From Tubiluchus corallicola (taxonomy: Eukaryota > Animalia > Priapulida): 64,000 bases of DNA. A program made the translations under genes and the position numbers. Under the pieces are notes generated by a model. That model worked only from the letters and a program-made list of their open reading frames with translations. It searched no databases and had not been told where the DNA came from. Where the stretch lies: the NCBI GenBank assembly GCA_030141605.1, contig JAQGDQ010000414.1:1-64000 (forward strand), written 5' to 3'. Position 1 is the stretch's first letter; each line of letters starts with the position of its first letter. This document shows, piece after piece, positions 39,261 to 54,800 of the stretch.

Positions 39261-40670
39261 TTATTTACCAAATAAGTTGAATCAGCCTGGAGAATGGGTC
39301 TTCATATAATAACCACATTGGGCTAGGAGTTTCAGATGAATGTTGTCTGCATTCAAACATTCTTATATTTGACGGCCTTCTCAAGCCCATGATAGGTAGG
39401 TGTGTTGACATCACACGTGTTGGCCATGATTTAATACCATTCAGTGCACGTCTGTGAGAGCAGTCAATTACCAATTCAGGAGGAGACTGAATAGCTTATT
39501 CAAACTTAGAAGGATAATTATCAATATGTAGGTGATTGTGACATAATGAAGCTGTTACTGCTCACAATATTCTGTATTTCTCTTGTTTTCGCCTGCCACC
39601 AGCTGTGGTTAATCTACATGATGCAGCATAATCTTTCATCAGTGAGCAAAACAATGAGCAATCATACCGATCAATTATTAATTTGATGCATCAAACTATC
39701 ACTCAATCAATTGAAAATCTATCATGCATTCATTGTTTAGCATAGAAGCTTTGTGCATCTGTGGCACTGCCTCACTGCCTGCAATCTTGAGTGGTATCAT
39801 TTGAGTAAATCGACCTGGTTAGCTTGCAAATTCACTAGACCTTGGGCAACCACACCTAACGTTCATCAACGTACATGTTATCCAAAAAGGCAGAGTGCAG
39901 GCTAAGCTAATATAAACTTGCCACAGATCCGTATGAACAGGTAAGCTTGCCAGACATCTGCAAGATGTATTGGTTGATCTTGAGTTTGTTTTCTATCTCT
40001 GGCTCAAGTCTCGATCTGTTTATAACACCTAAACTTGCTATGTGAGTATAATAAGTATTGAGGAGATATGATAGATTTTCTGTTAACTGGGCAATGCTTT
40101 GGCGAAATAAATTGTTCGGCACTATTATTTGTTGCCTTTGTATTCTCCTCTCTAGCAGATATTATTATGTATTCACCTTGTGCATTGGCACTGTTTCTTG
40201 AAGATGCTGCTTTCTTGAAGGTGCGCATAGGATTATCTTTACCATATCAGATAAACAAACTTTTTCTGGTCAATCAGTTTAATAGTCTCGGTTTCTGGTG
40301 TCGAGGGAGTCAGTCCTTTAATAATGACGAAATAGTTCACGTAATTAGAGCCCCCTTTATGTCAGTTGTTAATGTTATTCTGCGGTTAACACTGTAGTCT
40401 ATGATCTTGATCTGCTACTCGCGGCGAATCACCTCGGGAATCGGAAGTGATCAGTAGTACACAGAAGACGAAAGTTATAGTTTTTAGTTTTACTACAAAT
40501 TTTTGTGTTTTGATTTTTTTAATTATATTTTTATACCGTCAACAAAATTTATTTGTTCAGCTTATTGTTTAAAAGTATTGTGTTATGTGTGTAAATTCAT
40601 TCCAGCGATAATTATTAAGAAAATGCTAAGTTTCAAACTTTGCAAGCTACTTTTTCAAATTTGGGAAATT

Positions 40671-43600
40671 ATGGTCGGTAATTATACAGGCAGTGGATTT
40701 GGCCTCGTTTGGTGTATTTTGGCAACAGTTTTTTTCAAAATCCTCCACGAATGCACTACCGTTTTCGTCCCGGTAGCTGTGCGCTCACAAGGTCCATACC
40801 AGATATGGCGATGGAAAAACATTGCTACATCATGGGTTCATGCTATTGTGGCGGGTACATGGGCAGTATTATGGTAAGAATATACTATCTACATCACATT
40901 TATAGTTAATAATAATTTTTATAAAGCTTGTTTATATTTCAAAGCAGTTGTCAAGAAACGGATAAGAAGAGTCTGAGTTTCTGGCCTTCCTGTTATTATT
41001 CAGAAATGAAATTCCATGTTTCTGAAAAACTGCAGCTCACTGACACATAATGACATATATCAAAATGTTACGTTATGAGGAATTCATAATTATTTTGATG
41101 GATTTAGAAGAAATGACTAAAAGTAAAGAATAAAATGTACTCACTTTTATTTACAAGATAATATAAATGTAATGTTAGTTTATAATAATAATAAAAAATT
41201 CATGTTGAAATTAGATCAATTGGTTCCTCAGTAAACCAAGAATATTATTCATAATAACATAATTACTACAGTAGTTGTTGCTTAATAAAACTATTAGTAT
41301 TACGGGACCAGCAATAGCGATCTTAATAAACAGCAGTTCTATTATGAGGAGGCCTATATTATGTGCATTTGGCAATGCTACCGTGCAATATATGCAGGCT
41401 GACTGTTGTTGTAAATTATTGGCCACCTATCTTAACAACCCATTTTGTAAAAATATGTATGGTCTGTCAATTGTAGCTAGCTAGTTTTATCATTCTTCAG
41501 TTAGCTGTGATGCGTTTAATTCATCAAGTAGCTTCATTTGCTTTGTCACATTTTGCATCTATGCACTTCCATTTACATAACATGATTTAATGCGATTTGA
41601 AAATTTTTAACAAACTTTGAGTACAAGCACATGCAGAATCGCTGCTCGTATGCCTATGGAATGAGTCAGTGTACAAAAATGGTTCCAGTTCGTTCAGCAG
41701 ACTAAGCATTCCAGCAGTTGTACACTCAGAGTGCTTATGACAAAACAACTAAGTTTGACTCTTGATGTGACTTTGAGAAGCGGTAGATGTAGGAAACTGA
41801 AGATAAACTTCAAACAACCAGCAAATACATTTTAATTTTTGCTAGGGTTATTGATTTTTTTTCTTGTTACTGAAAAATGTGGTCTTGTTAAGCAGCACAC
41901 TGGTTTTATTAACCAAATTTTCTGAATAATAATTTCAATGGGCGTAATTCGGGACTGTGCCTAAATGGTCTTAAAATGAGTCTGGTTTATTATCCGTAGT
42001 TTTATATATTAAGCGGTGACTGGTGCACTACATTATCTTAATTGTTCTATTAAACAACAGTAGAGCGAGCCTAAATTAAGTTTAGCCACTATATATCTGT
42101 CATCTGAGCTAAAGTTTTTCTGGATTCCATGGGCAGATTGTGATATTTTTATGCCTTAATAACACAAACCATTTACTCACCTATTCAAGTGTAATTAAAG
42201 TGTTAGAACCATTTATTCACTTGTGTGAATTAAAAATGAGTTATTACTGGCTATTTTTTATTTATAAGCTAGCTTTTATAGAGGTACTAATTTAACGAAG
42301 TTTTGCATCATTTTTTTCAGTTTTTGTTTTGATCCCCAGATGGCGGAAGACTTGATTAATAAACACACTTTATTTTCTTATCTGCTTGTTTGTTTTGCAG
42401 TAGGTGAGTATAAAATATTAAATATTTTAATGTTTGAGAAAAAATGTTAGAAAGTTTCAGATATAAAATTGTGTTAAGCACCTCGTGTAATTAATAAAAT
42501 TGATTTAAAGTCCCGATGTTTATTAACTAATTAACCTGCCAGGCACCTACTATATGCTCCCAAGTTTGCACGCGTATCTGAAAGTCAGCAAATATTGGTA
42601 AATTAATTAGTCATATTTTAAGGTATAATCCTATGGGTTAAAGCTATGTAACCACTTTAAACTTGGTCATAATTGATCCAGTGACTAATTTTTACATAAA
42701 CACAGTTAAGTGCAACACTAGAATAACGGAAGTTCTGAGTGAGCTGTAGGAATTTCCCAACACGACTTTCATACTGCTTGCCTTTACGTTATTCACGCAC
42801 TGCACAGCAGGCACATACATAAGTGTCATTTGGTGAGTAGAAACGAGAAACATTTCAGAAATGTGATACATTAGCGTAACAGAACGAATTTTATTTTGTT
42901 TAGGTTACTTCATACATGACTCTTTTGACATGATGTTAAATCGTAGAAAAAGGGAAACGTTTGAGTTGCTTGGACATCATTTTGTGGTAAGTGTTATATG
43001 TGTTGTATTGTTGCTCTAACGGTTTGCAAACATAATTGTTCAAGCACTGGCTACTTCATAATTACTTTACAGCCAGGGCTGCGTAGTCGGAGTCGGGAGC
43101 ACACTTATTGTTAGAGGAGTCGGTAAAATTAGACAAACTCCGACTCCAGTTACTTTTAAAACAGTTATACCTAATATTATATTAGGTTTCTTTTAAGTTA
43201 ATTATATGAGCAAAAGTAAACTGCCGATTGGCTTAGGTGGCCTGAGTAATTACAAACTTTTGTTAGATACTTGTTCTTAAAAATATTTACATTATGTTTT
43301 TATTTTTGCAAATATCTGTAAAAATTACCAGGCAATTAGCAGTGTATAATTACATGTATTATCATAGTTTGTCGCAATATTTTTTCTGAGAGGAATATTT
43401 CAGTGGCATATTAACACTATTACTATCGCCTGATTAGACCTAATAATCTTTTACTTATTGGGTAATTTATCTGATGAATATCTAGCGAGCTGAAGCATAA
43501 AACATGTATATCAATAAATAGTTTGATGATTTTTTCTCTTACAATTATGCATGAGCATTATGAAAGAGTTGCTGTTTTTTTTAGTGGGGCTCCTAAAATT

Positions 43601-46553
43601 TTCGGAGTCAGTGTCAGATTCGGAGTTGGAGCCGGAGTCGGAGTCGGCAATTTAATGTACCGACTCCACAGCCTGGCTTACAGCATCCACCAATTCTGTA
43701 ACAGCTTGACTTTTGTAATTTTAACTAGTTTATTCTTGGAATTTCTTACATGCAATTCAGGAATACATGTAGTGATTATTTTGTAAAGAGAAAAATGTTA
43801 GTTTACTATAGCTTTGGAGTCATATCTTAATATACAGATTCAGTATCTTTACTCATTATTTCTCAAAGTATTAGATTCTCCTATCTCCTAATGATATCCA
43901 CAAAACAAGATTTTTAATGTCTGATATAGGTCATTTTGGTTTTGAACAAAAAATTCCACAATTAAAAAATAAGGAAAAGGAAAGAAAGGGCATGCCATTT
44001 CGAACTACTAGTGCCGTTCTCCTTCGGGTGAATAAAAGGGAAAAATCACAAGGATTTTTTCAAAGTTTTTTTTGTTTATATTATTAACATAAAATGGATA
44101 TCACATTAAAATGAATATAAGTATGTAAAAAGCATGTATACTTCATATTCAGCTGAAGAACTACAGTAGTAGTTCAAAACAATGTGAACTTTCTTTCTCT
44201 TTCTTTATTTTTCAACTATAGAATTTTTTATTTATTATCGCTTTTATTCATTCTGAATAACAGTGACAGAATTAATCAGTGTCATCCTGGTTTTTTTGCA
44301 ACCTGTAAAATATTTGGATGCCACACTAGTTTTTTATGTGATGTTAAAGGAAAATTATGAAACAAAATTTGCTTGTAACAAATAAAGGACATGATATAAA
44401 TTTTAAGGCTTATGGGAGCCTACACTACTTTTGTAGAATTCAACATCTTTTGTGTTCTACTAAATGAATGAATACAAGAAACAAGGACAAACAGCATCAA
44501 ACAAAGTTAACTAAATCTTCACCTGTATTTCAGATTGTGATATGTTTCGGGATAGCGATTGTTACACGGCGGTACTGTGCCTATGCGGTCGTTTCTCTTT
44601 TAGCTGAGGTAAATAGTATATTTCTGCATCTACGACAGTTGTTACAGATAGCACACGTGGACCATCATGGCGCACTCTATCGTTGCAATGCTTTAATGAA
44701 TACCGGTAAGTTATAATGACATTTATGTTCATTTACTCTGGATGTAAATTACAGTGATTGTGAGTTACTACAACACAATACCGACATGTGTTTATTTTCA
44801 AAATACCGTGTTAAATAAGCACCCTAAATTGTAATATTGCTTATGTACAACATAGCGTTCACTGATGCTAGCATTCGAATTTAAAAAAATGAGAATTGAA
44901 AGCTAAAGGTGAAATCAAATTCATATAAATGTATACCCTGCTAGTTTAGAACTGCATTTAAATTCTTTTAGAAATCTTTATACTTTATGTTTAGTAATTT
45001 CTCTAAAATCATAAATTGATATTAGTAATACGTTTCCATTTTTTAAAGCAGTTGAAATTTCCCAGCGGTCTGTTCTTGGACTGCATTTCATTTAAGCTGC
45101 AACCTATTTAGTCACACAAAATCTATAGTGTAGCACAAATTGGTTATGCTTTTATAATTGCTTTAAAATTTATGCACTGTGATAAATTTAATAAAATGTG
45201 TTACTGGTTTCAAGGAGCTGGCAACACTGGTACTGGATACAGTAACTAGTCTAGATATTGGATTAAATGTGCAGTAAAATCCGCTTAATAAATCCATGGA
45301 TAACAAATCCATCCACTTATAGTGGCCAGTATTAGTAAAATCCATCGTTTATTAAATCCAAACTTTGCTTTATAAATCCACATTGCACCCTGTGAAGATA
45401 ACAAAAAAAATTTGACGTAAGACCGCATGATTGTCCGGCATTTTAACTTTGGCTAGATCAGCATCTATGTTCGAAGCATTTTTTGCTCCTTCACATTTTT
45501 TCTATTTGATGATCTTCATCAACAGGGCAGCAGTGACAACGATGATGAATCAGTAATTACTGTATCAGCAAATGAAATGCGATGCGCCTGGAAGTGTGCA
45601 CTATGGACTGTCGAAAAAAAATTCCACTAACAGAACACACTAGACATGTTTTTACTTTAAACTTATCTGCATTCTGCATGTCCTTTCTTACTCCCTTTTT
45701 TATAAGTAACTTGGTAAAACTAAAACGCTAATTCTCGATGATGAACAGTTGTGTCCGAGAATGTTAATGATTCAAATAAACGAATGCTGAATCATCGCTG
45801 ATATTAAAGTTACATCTATTGCATTTTTTAACTTAGCACACAGCTGGTCATAGATAACTATACATATTTTATGCAAATTGCTTTAATTATACAAACAGCA
45901 TTAAATTATTGCAGTAAATGAACGCAAGTAAACCATTTTGCAAGCAGTATACCGAATGTTAAGAGTCTTGGCTTTATTATTAAACTATATTAATGAACTA
46001 TGTACTGTAATAGTACGGAAAGTGCTACTTAGTTGGTCTCTTCGGTTTATAAATCCAGCCGCTTAATATTCCAATTAGCTTCGCACCAAGGTAGATTTAT
46101 GCCTTCGGTATAAATAGCGTGTTGATTAAAGTAGATTTATTTGTGTTGCTGTACCATCTTAAATTGTCTTTCTGTGAATACCAGCATTTTAGTCTTTCCA
46201 AAACTGGACAATTTTAAAACCTTCATTTAATAATTTTAAGGTTTTTTGATTGTACACAGAGGACTTTTACTTTTTTACCGTTACTGTCCCAGTTTCAGTT
46301 TTCATACTGATTTATAACTTCTTTACAAACGTCTTTGAAAAAATACATTTTTTCAGGCACTTTTGTTATTTTCCGGATTGTTTTGCTCTCGTGGATGACA
46401 CGCTGGCTTGTTATTAATCGCGCACGTGTCCCGCTACTTTTCTATTCAGCTGGAAGCATCGGATTGGCTATCATGGTTGTCATGAATGCCATTTTGTTTT
46501 ATAGAATTCTACAGAGAGATTTTAATAGTGACAGGACAAAGGTGAAATCATAA
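40671..46553 (+). CDS. TLCD2: TLC (TRAM/LAG1/CLN8) domain protein, TLCD1/TLCD2-like
   Basis: Exons: 40671-40873 (WRWKNIATSWVHAIVAGTWAVL), 42321-42403 (PQMAEDLI), 42904-42986 (GYFIHDSFDM...LLGHHFV), 44534-44705 (EVNSIFLHLRQLL) and 46357-46553 (TFVIFRI...FYRILQRDF). Phases are consistent. TLCD1 versus TLCD2 cannot be resolved. Confidence 0.9.
43074..43676. mobile_element. hAT-type MITE
   Basis: Ends CAGGGCTGCGTAGTCGG / CCGACTCCACAGCCTGG, subterminal GGAGTC repeats, and an 8-bp TSD TTTACAGC / CTTACAGC (7/8). A truncated relative lies at ~28743. Confidence 0.85.
45272..46143 (+). mobile_element. Degenerate pogo/Tigger-like DNA transposon remnant
   Basis: CAGTAAAATCCGCTTAATAAATCC terminus with repeated AAATCC/CCGCTTAATA subterminal motifs and an internal ...TLDMF-like remnant. 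The right end is poorly conserved. Confidence 0.4.
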
Positions 46554-48862
46554 TGTTTATTTTTTCTAATGTTTGTCTGTGTCCAACATGTATTCTTTTC
46601 CTAAATTCACATTTTTTATTTCATGAGTGGATCATGACATGTATCAAAAGTTTACATTAATAGCAAATATCTTTATTAGGAATTTGAATTTGCTTTAATA
46701 TTCTCTGGTTCAAAATGTGAACTGTCACTTAAATTAACTTATCTTATCTACTAATGCACCAAATTTTTCAAATGTCTAAAATAAGCATCACTAGCATATA
46801 GCAGTTATACTTAGTTTTACATAAAGCCCTGTAAGCTTTTGAAAATCTTATAGATTATAATTAAAACGTCTTAAAGTATAGTAATTTTTAGATATGTTAG
46901 TAGCAATGTATCTACAATACACAGAGTGCAGAAATTTTGCTAGCTAACTGCTAAAGCTTTGACGGAGAGAATTTTGAGTTTTGCTAGTTACAGGAGCACC
47001 AGTATTTTTTTCTTTTAATGATTAGCATTAAACATCTGTGTTTGTTGCTCTTTTACTGTGAATAATTTTTTATTCATACTTATGAGTAGAGTTTAAACGA
47101 ATAAATTGATGCAAGGGTTAACTGGTTTAAGGATTTTTGAGACTGTATAAAATAAGAAAACAGCTAATAAAAAGTAATTGTGGATGAAAAAAATATTTCA
47201 ATTATGCATTTTGCCCAATCCTTGCCTAAAGTTTACTTATGTTTTGTGTATCAGTTGTTTTAGTTGTAAGTTTCATTTAGTATATTATATTTTTGATAAA
47301 TTGTTTAGCAATGCGGAGTCTATATCTTTTCACAGTCAATGGGGCCAAATGTGTAATACCTGATAGTTTTGCTACAAGATGCATTTAATTTAAATAAAGA
47401 TGTTTTTATGCTACATCGCAATTAGGGTTACATTTTGACAAAATTATATTTTTTTGGACAGTCTGAACTGCATATGTCTGTGTGTTCACGCTTAAAACAG
47501 TCTACAGCTGTAATGTATCGACACATTTCTTAGCCATTGTTAAGTTCAGTTGTGCCAAATTTCTGTAAATACTCTTTAATTTTTGTAGTAAAAGCTTTTT
47601 CAGTGATCTCTCATGCAAGTTTGCAGTATTACTTTAGTTGTCTAGTTTTTCTATGGGATTAATAACTTTAGTAGTAACATAACTTAGAACTCATTTGTTA
47701 CACTGACCTAAATGTCACTTATACTTTTAAATCTATATTTTTACAGTAATGGTGTAGTATGTACTGTTGTGTGTTGCAAAAGGCTGATAATACTTTTTCG
47801 TTTCACAACAATTGCACAATGAATTTTGTAAATCATTGACAGTAGTGGTACTATTAGAATCGCAAGTGACCAAGGAAATGAACAAACTGAGCTTTTTCTC
47901 TGTATTTCCTGTGTAAAATTATATTTATGCCATTTTGAACTGATGTTTTGTAAAATAGTATATTGGATATATATTATAATATAGAGTTTGCATAATTTAA
48001 GATGCGCTGTTTTTTATGACCAATCAATTGTATTAGCTACAGTTACTATCAATAATACTTTGATTCATAAGATAATGATGTCCTACTTGTGAAGTAGGAA
48101 CCCATTGTCCTCAGAGTTCTGTATACTGATGCACCAAAAATGCTAGGCATAGTTTATTTTTATGATGTGCGTGTCACACTGTAGGATTTTATATCAGCAG
48201 TGATTGTTAACTCGTTTGTTAAAATTTTTATCTAAGATTGTTTTGTACATTATTAGAAACAGTATAACTTTTTAACATGTTAAGGACAGTGTATTGTAGC
48301 TAATTTATTGTTTTTGTAACTATTAATAAATTGATTAGGATGATTTATAATGAGCTGTGAAGCACAATTATTATGTAACTAGTGTAAAATTTTGCGTGAT
48401 CAATGACCTGTGTTCTTGAGATCTTGATCGTAACATTTCTGTTTCGTTTTTTACGTTATGTAGTTATAGCCACAGTTTACAGTATTAGCAACTTTAAGCC
48501 TACGCAGTATCTAGACTATATATGTGTGAATACATACACTAGGTCTGATATAATATGATACACTTGCTATATTTGTATATACTATCGTTTGAACCTACAG
48601 TACAGAAACTAAGTCTTTGTGCTCAAACATTCCATGAAAGGCTTTTGCTTGAACAGCACCTTTTGCGTATGACCTCTCAAGAACACAGCTAGTCGGTACT
48701 ATTGACAGAAATGTAGCCGTCCTGTGAATTTTGACGTAAATTAATGTTAACCGTCAAATCGTTGAAGATAATTATAAACTCTTTCTATTTTTTACAAGTG
48801 CAAATTTAGGGTTCAGTGCTGCTCTATTAGCAGTATTGTAATAATTGTGCTGTATTTGACTA

Positions 48863-49039
48863 CAGTCAAACCTCGTTCCCTTTATATACCAGCCTTGCTT
48901 AACACCCAAGTTTTTGGCAAAACAAAATATCTATAGTTGAGAAATATATGTATTAATGGATCTCGTTATAATGCCAAACTTACTATAACAATAACTTTTT
49001 TTGCAGTCACAAATCGTATGGTATAAAGAGGTTTGACTG
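48863..49039. mobile_element. Tc1/mariner (pogo-like) MITE
   Basis: TA|CAGTCAAACCTC ... GAGGTTTGACTG|TA: perfect 12-bp TIR with TA TSD. Confidence 0.9.
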
Positions 49040-51859
49040 TACTTAGTACTTAGTTTGATGAACATGTTGTAAGGTACTAGATTTTAAGTGTCTTCCCTAT
49101 CACAGTAAAGAGTTGTTCTACTGTAGTTAAAAATTATATGGATTGATGGACAGAACATTCAAATTATGATTTAAAAAAAATAAAATTATAAATAATTAGT
49201 TGATCTAGGGAATCTATTTGCACATGTATTGAAGTAACGAAGATGTTTGTGTTGTACTCATAAGTCTGTTATTTCTGTAAGCTTTCACTAATTCTGACCT
49301 CATTAATATCTGTTGAATGTTCTTTATTATAGCCAAGTTTTAGTTTTGGACCGTCATCTAAACTAACATTGATTTGAGAGCTAAGTAGCACCATTGTTTT
49401 AAAATCAAAAAATTGCAAAATTTGCTTTGTTTCGTGTACAGCTGTAAAACTATTATAGTTAGTATATAAACTATAGCTGTTTAATTGATGTGGCAAAACT
49501 TCAAACATACTGAACTAGTTAAATGGCTGCCGTTAGGTAGTTGATATTTTAAGTTTATCTGGTAATAAATCATCTCTTTTACCTGTTCATCAACTTTTAC
49601 CTCTCAACTTCCGTCATCATAATAATCATCAACATTTTCTTCTCTTCGCATGCATTTTCTTTACTCCATTTAACGCATGTTTGTTGTTTTGTTACACTTA
49701 AGGCTTATCCATGTTGAATGTAGCTTATAAGTTCATTTTTTCTGCTACATTCATAGCACTGCAACACATATTGTCAATTGTAATTGTATCATTTGTATTT
49801 TGTGATGTCGTGCTAAATGGATGACTAAATAAATCTATATCTAAGTCTATTTAACTAGTTCAGTACACTAAGCCCAACAAGTTCGGCAACTCAGCATGCT
49901 ATACTAAATTGGCCAAACCCTTCCTTGCTCCAGTTTGTCTGGAATAGTGAAAGAACACTGAAAGATTTGGATATTTTTCTTCATTCAAATGTTGTTCTGG
50001 TTGCCTTCGTTTAAACTACCTCAGTGACAGTCTATGCCTAATAACGAGGTTACTAGGTGTGAAGTTATGCTCACGTTCTTAATTACTTCCAACTAGGCGA
50101 TTCTCGAAATTTATTTTAGTTTTTTTTGTTAAATTTAAACACTTATGACAATCATTTTTATAGGCAAGACTTGTTTTGTAAGCGATGACTGGTGTCCATG
50201 ACAGTTATGTTGATTAATTAGGTAATTGCCGTCATGTAACGGCGAGTGTTAATATTATAAATCTTGCCATGTGAAATCATATTTTTTGTAACGATCAATA
50301 TTTTAGCTTAAATTGTTTAATTTCAGCCATTTGTAATGTGACATTGTTTTATAGTGAAATATAAACCTGAGAACATATTTTAAAATTAAAAATACGAGAT
50401 TTTTGTTTTATAGTAGCCACTATAACTCTTTTCAAGTTTTAATATAATCATAATAAAAATTAAAATAACAAGTACAGTTATTTTTAAACACAGCATATGC
50501 TAAATTTTATTATCAGAGAGATGGGAAGATTTCAAACATAACTTGTAAAAGAAATCATACATAACCAAATAAAAAAGTAAGGTAAGATTTCATACATAAT
50601 TTTAAATTACTGATTATTCTTCTGAAACACAGAATTTAATTATCCTCTGATGTTTTTTCAAGTCACAACAGGTAAAAAGGCAGTAAACAAAGTTTGTGTA
50701 GATTTTATCACTCATTTTTAAAAAATGTTAAAACCAACGCAAATCACAAAAAATCACAGTGTGGCTACAAAAAATGTAAAAAATATGTAACATAAAATGC
50801 AGCGTTTATGGAAAGTACATCATGATTGGAATGCAAAGATTTTGTTTACCCAGAGTTCAATATAACTGGCAATGTGGTAAACACTGATATTAGGCCTACT
50901 CACACACACACAAGTTAAAACAGCTTACAGTAACTTTATCACAAGCTAGACTCTAACATGGCTCCAAAAAATCTACATTCAACAAAAATTCAGAGCAATT
51001 TGAAAATTCGTGAAGTGCCATATCAGAGGGACTTAAGATATCATACTTATATACCTACTTAACTTGCAATGTGGCAAGAAATGACACATTTTTGGTGTTT
51101 TAACGTGCAAATTTTTGTCAAGCACAAAGTTAAATGTGATGAAGAAAAAACTTCTGGAGAATGCCTTAAGATTTCACAGAACCTTAGACCCTTTTTGATG
51201 TGGCACCTCACATTTTTAAACACTGATAACTTAGTTATGCCGCTTACTATACATTACATGAAATAAACGCTCAACTCTGTCGTATAAAAAATTAAAATGT
51301 AGCTCTTAAATAGTGGTTTATATATAACAGAACATACATAACTGTATAACCTTAACACTTCCTACATGGCAACAACATCGCCACGGCAACAGCAGTAAAC
51401 ATGGTAACAAGTACAACTCTGACAGATCTATTCAAAGAGAATAAAATACAATAACACATTATGTGAAAATATATTCTATATTATCCTGTTATGTTACTAA
51501 GTATTAGTAATTTTTATTTTCTAGTACAATTTTTATTTGTGCATAGTATATATGCAACATTTTTCGTTACCAGTTAAAATTATTTAACACCGCAGCGCTA
51601 ACAGGACACGTTATTTGCGACTACTGTATCAATCCTATTTACAACTCACGAAGTAACTGTGATATTCCGTACTTGCTCATAACAACAAGCATACCAATAG
51701 AGATATCTTGCATCTCTACAAATATGTAAAATGCATGCAAAAGAGCAGCAACGTGATCCTAAAATAAGTTTCTTCGCTTAAGCTCAGTCTTCCTAATTTG
51801 TCTATTTTTGTTTGTCACCATTACATAATTCTCAACAATTTCCATGCTGCAGTATAGAG

Positions 51860-54800
51860 TTACCATTTATTGGAATATGGAGTGGTAGATGAACTGTCCT
51901 CAGCTGTACAAACACGATAAAAGTACAGATTGTTTTGGAAAAAAGTCACTACTGGATCTATGTCAGTGCCGGCTGTGTCAGCACAAACCTAAATAAGTAT
52001 AAAGAGGAGAACATCATGTTACAATCACAAACACAAACAAGTGCAAAGAACATCATATAACCGAAACAAGTACAAAGAGAAGAACAAAATGTTATATTGC
52101 ATTGCAGACTTGAGTTCAAACCTTCCCGAGACAACAAACTTTCATTTGATCATTTTTGATATGAATTTTCCCATGTAAAATCAATTATCACTTCTCGGGC
52201 AACAATACATAAAATTAAATCAAAGAGCTACAAGCAGCATTTGGAACATCTACTTTTTTCTCATATACCTTTAATCTACATCTACTTTTGCATCATCTAC
52301 ATGTCATGAACTTTACAAACATTTACTTTCATCTATTTAAATAAATAAAAACAACAGTGAGTAAATTATTAATAAACTTCGTCAGCTCCTTTATTGTACA
52401 ATGCAAAAGTCTGTAAATTTTGCGTCTGTTTATGCCGTCGCATGTGAAAAGATATCTATGACTAACTGTCTGGTTTCAGAATGCAGTGTCACATTTCCTA
52501 GTACAATTAGATAAAATCATGGCGTCTTTCAATTGGTAGGGTCGATAGGAAAATATTTAATGTTCATTATTACAAGCTATTTAATAAACTATTATAAGTT
52601 TTTGTCTCTGTTGGTTTTCATGTATTACGGTTATTTTCAAATTTCCGTTCATTTCGTTCCAGTATTATAGCAAATATAAAATTTCATTCGTTCTGTTTGT
52701 GTATTGAATAGCAATTGTTCTTGTATTTTGTTCGTGTATCGAGTACCAACAATGGCTGCAAGGCAACAAATCTCTTCACAGCCAAACTTCTTTACAAAAG
52801 CAAACTTGAGCAGATTTAATAATGAAAAATGTAAAACTAAAACACTTTTTGAAGTGCAGTTGTTAGAAAAAAACCTGAAACAGATCATACTGTTGTTCAA
52901 GAAGAGGTGCCAACCTGTGATACACTTTGCAGTTTCACAGGTCTTGGCTGCCCTGGTTTGAAAACCTAACAACAATAATTACCTGTGCTAACACGAGGTT
53001 ATCCGGCGCAACACGGAATGTAAACGAGCTGCTGGGATACTGGGTGGCAGGTATCATCCATTGGTGAGATACACTCTGCAAACACAAATCAGAAAAATTG
53101 CAATAGCCAGTTAATTACCTGTAACAATGCAGAAGCTTGTTAATGAGTGGAACAATTTAATTAACACAACAGACTATAGGTAGTCTTGTGTTTATCCACA
53201 CGGTCGTTTGACTCTAGTCATTCACAATGAACTGTGGATGAGTGAAAGGTAAAATTTAATTATATTTTCAGCCAAGCAGCGGCTTTGGCAACAGAAACAG
53301 AAATAGGAATTTGCAACTGTCTGCTGACAGCACCACTTTCATTTAAATGAATGGATCACACGAGTAAAAATGTTTTCTTTTTATTAATTTTTACTGTATA
53401 TTGTTTTACTTCTTTTTTGTTCAGTTCTAGTTGTGTGTAAAATTTGTATTAACAACATATTATAAATTTTTGGCTTTCTTTTAAGTAACCTGGCACTTAA
53501 AGTAATGCACTTTTCAAAAAAAAACTGGGCTTAAAAACTTCTGAGACCTTATCCTTTTAATATTTTGATCATTTGTTTCGTGGGTGAAGCCACAAATTGT
53601 GCAAATTTTTTGCGTCCCTGAGCCTGATTTTCCTTTTCGACACGATAGGACAAAATTAAATAAACTTTTTCTAAGGATCACCTTGAGTTTGATTAGCAGT
53701 ACTGCACCAGAATAACTGTTTTCTATGTATTATTTGCTCATAAACACGACAGTCCTTAAATATTTGGCTCCAGCATTAAAACATGCAAAGATTATGAAAG
53801 ATACAGAACACTGCAGGTTTTCACAATATGTAATCAACATTTAAAGAAATGCCAATGTTTCTCCTAAAATTATCGATCTGCTAAGCCATACGACACCCTA
53901 CACACACCTTTAAGTAATAACATTAGCATTTTTCTACGATGTATGTTAGTAATTAAGTCAGCTACGATAATGTCTCTATGACTTATGTAATTTTGTTGTA
54001 ATTTGAAAACTTTTGTTAATTCTTTAATAATTAATAAATAAGAGTCATTGAACTCCAGAAGGATTTGGCGCCCTCTCGCCCTTGCGTCAGAGGGCGATTG
54101 CCCCTGCCTCTGACTGACTAATTCTTAATGATAAGAATAGTGACAATGAATAAAAAAAAGGATCATACACACACTTAGACATTTCATTAATTTCTGTTGT
54201 CCCACTGTGTTATATAATGGCTAGCGATTTTATATTTCTCTGTTTTTCCCTTGTGTTTTTTGTTTGCCATGCTTCAGTTTTTTCTATGTGCTCGTATCCT
54301 TTTCTAGTCAGATGTCCTTTTTTCTGTGTTAACAGTATAAGCAAAAAACTTCCCCAAAAATTATTCCAATATTTCTAATAATTCCTTGTGATTTTTTCTC
54401 TTTTTTTTGTTTACCTGAAGAATTATATTGAAATATTGCGGTTTGAAATATTGCATTCTTTCATTTTTCCTCGTTTTATAATTGCAGGGGTTTTTTTTAT
54501 CAAAAATTGACTAATTAAAGGAAGTTTAGGTGATCTTATCCACAATGAATGTTACATTGCCACAAAAATGACAGTAACAGCAATGACAATAATAATGATA
54601 ATAGAAATAATAATAGTATGCTTGCATCTAGCAAATTAACTGTTTAAAACATCAATATAAACGTAGTAAAAACAGTAATAGTTACATTGTGTCCCTTCTC
54701 TATGACTGGCGTATCTATGGTCTGCTCGGGAAAGCCAGTATCAGCACAAATTGATCCCTCTACTTGAAATCCACACAGGTGCACATCAAAACCAGTAGGA

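Noticed and set aside
39900-40400. Overlapping ORFs upstream of TLCD as a gene
   Set aside because: Frame-broken. The KFVYL...KKAAS remnants suggest a decayed LINE RT piece, too weak to annotate.
44149-44185. Second hammerhead (CTGAAGA-ACTAC-AGTA-GTAGT-TCAAAAC)
   Set aside because: It lacks the GAAA core and stem I/III pairing. At best a decayed relic.
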